NCBI GenBank assembly: GCA_030390025.1
Contig: CM059431.1
Location: forward strand, 133,922,001 to 133,986,000
Source of the DNA: Squalus acanthias
Taxonomy: Eukaryota
Length of the DNA: 64,000 nucleotides
Direction of reading: 5' to 3'
Of this stretch, positions 63,233 through 64,000 are shown piece after piece. Numbering within the stretch: position 1 is the first letter of the stretch; each line of letters starts with the position of its first letter. The translations under genes and the position numbers were made by a program. The notes under the pieces are model-generated. The model saw only the letters and a list, made by a program, of their open reading frames with translations. It did no database searches and was not told the origin of the DNA.

Positions 63233-64000
63233 ACATTTGGCAGAGATTTGGCAGATGGAATACAACACTGGAAAGTGTGAGGTGATGCACTTTGGCAGGA
63301 AAAATCCTAGAGCAATTTATTATCTTAATGGCAAGAAACTGGAGAGTACTGAAGTGCAAAGGGATCTGGGGGTACTGGTGCACGAAACTCAAAAGGTTAG
63401 TATGCAGGTGCAGCAAGTGATTAAGAAGGCAAATGGAATGTTGGCTTTCATTGCTAGGGGGATAGAATATAAAAATAGGGAGGTATTGCTTCAGTTGTAC
63501 AAGGTATTGGTGAGACCGCACCTGGAATACTGCATACAGTTTTGGTGTCCTTACTTAAGGAAAGACATCCTTGCTCTCGAGGCAGTGCAAAAAAGGTTCA
63601 CTCGGTTAATCCCGGGGATGAGGGGGTGGTCATATGAGGAGAGGTTGGGTAGATTGGGACTCTACTCATTGGAGTTCAGAAGAATGAGAGGCGATCTTAT
63701 TGAAACATATAAGATTGTGAAGGGGTTGGATCGGGTGGATGCGGGGAGGATGTTCCCGATGACGGGTGAGACGAGAACTAGGGGACATAGTCTTAGAATA
63801 AGGGGCTGCTCTTTCAAAACTGAGATGAGGAGGAACTACTTCACTCAGAGGGTGGTAGGTCCATGGAATATGCTGCCACAAAAAGCTGTAGAAGCTACAA
63901 CATTAATTAAATTTAAAACAGAAATAGACAGTTTCCTAGAAGTAAAGGGCATTAAGGGTTACGGGGAGCGGGCAGGAATTTGGACATGAGTCTAGGTTCG
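63233..64000 (+). mobile_element. CR1 3' part, same subfamily as 9560-12115; runs off the window
   Basis: Open ORF to 63989, followed by the same UTR start GTCTAGGTTCG. Confidence 0.92.

Overview
This is eukaryotic DNA, not prokaryotic. It is probably from a cartilaginous fish, inferred from a SacSINE1/Deu-type SINE and the CR1 families present. The window is intronic sequence of a minus-strand host gene: three in-phase exons (44274-44132, 37249-37081, 33980-33854) translate to a region that resembles the C-terminal half of DZIP1 as I recall it. Most of the rest is nested transposable elements. These include many CR1 LINEs (one with a 69-bp tandem array at its 5' end and an intact esterase ORF1), a second CR1/L2-group LINE lineage, L2 and RTE fragments, a solo LTR and a Deu-SINE. 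There is also a near-intact two-gene PIF/Harbinger transposon (51060-55216) with related MITEs and decayed copies. Four short Penelope-like insertions carry minimal hammerhead-ribozyme motifs. All family names come from motif recognition; no database search was run.
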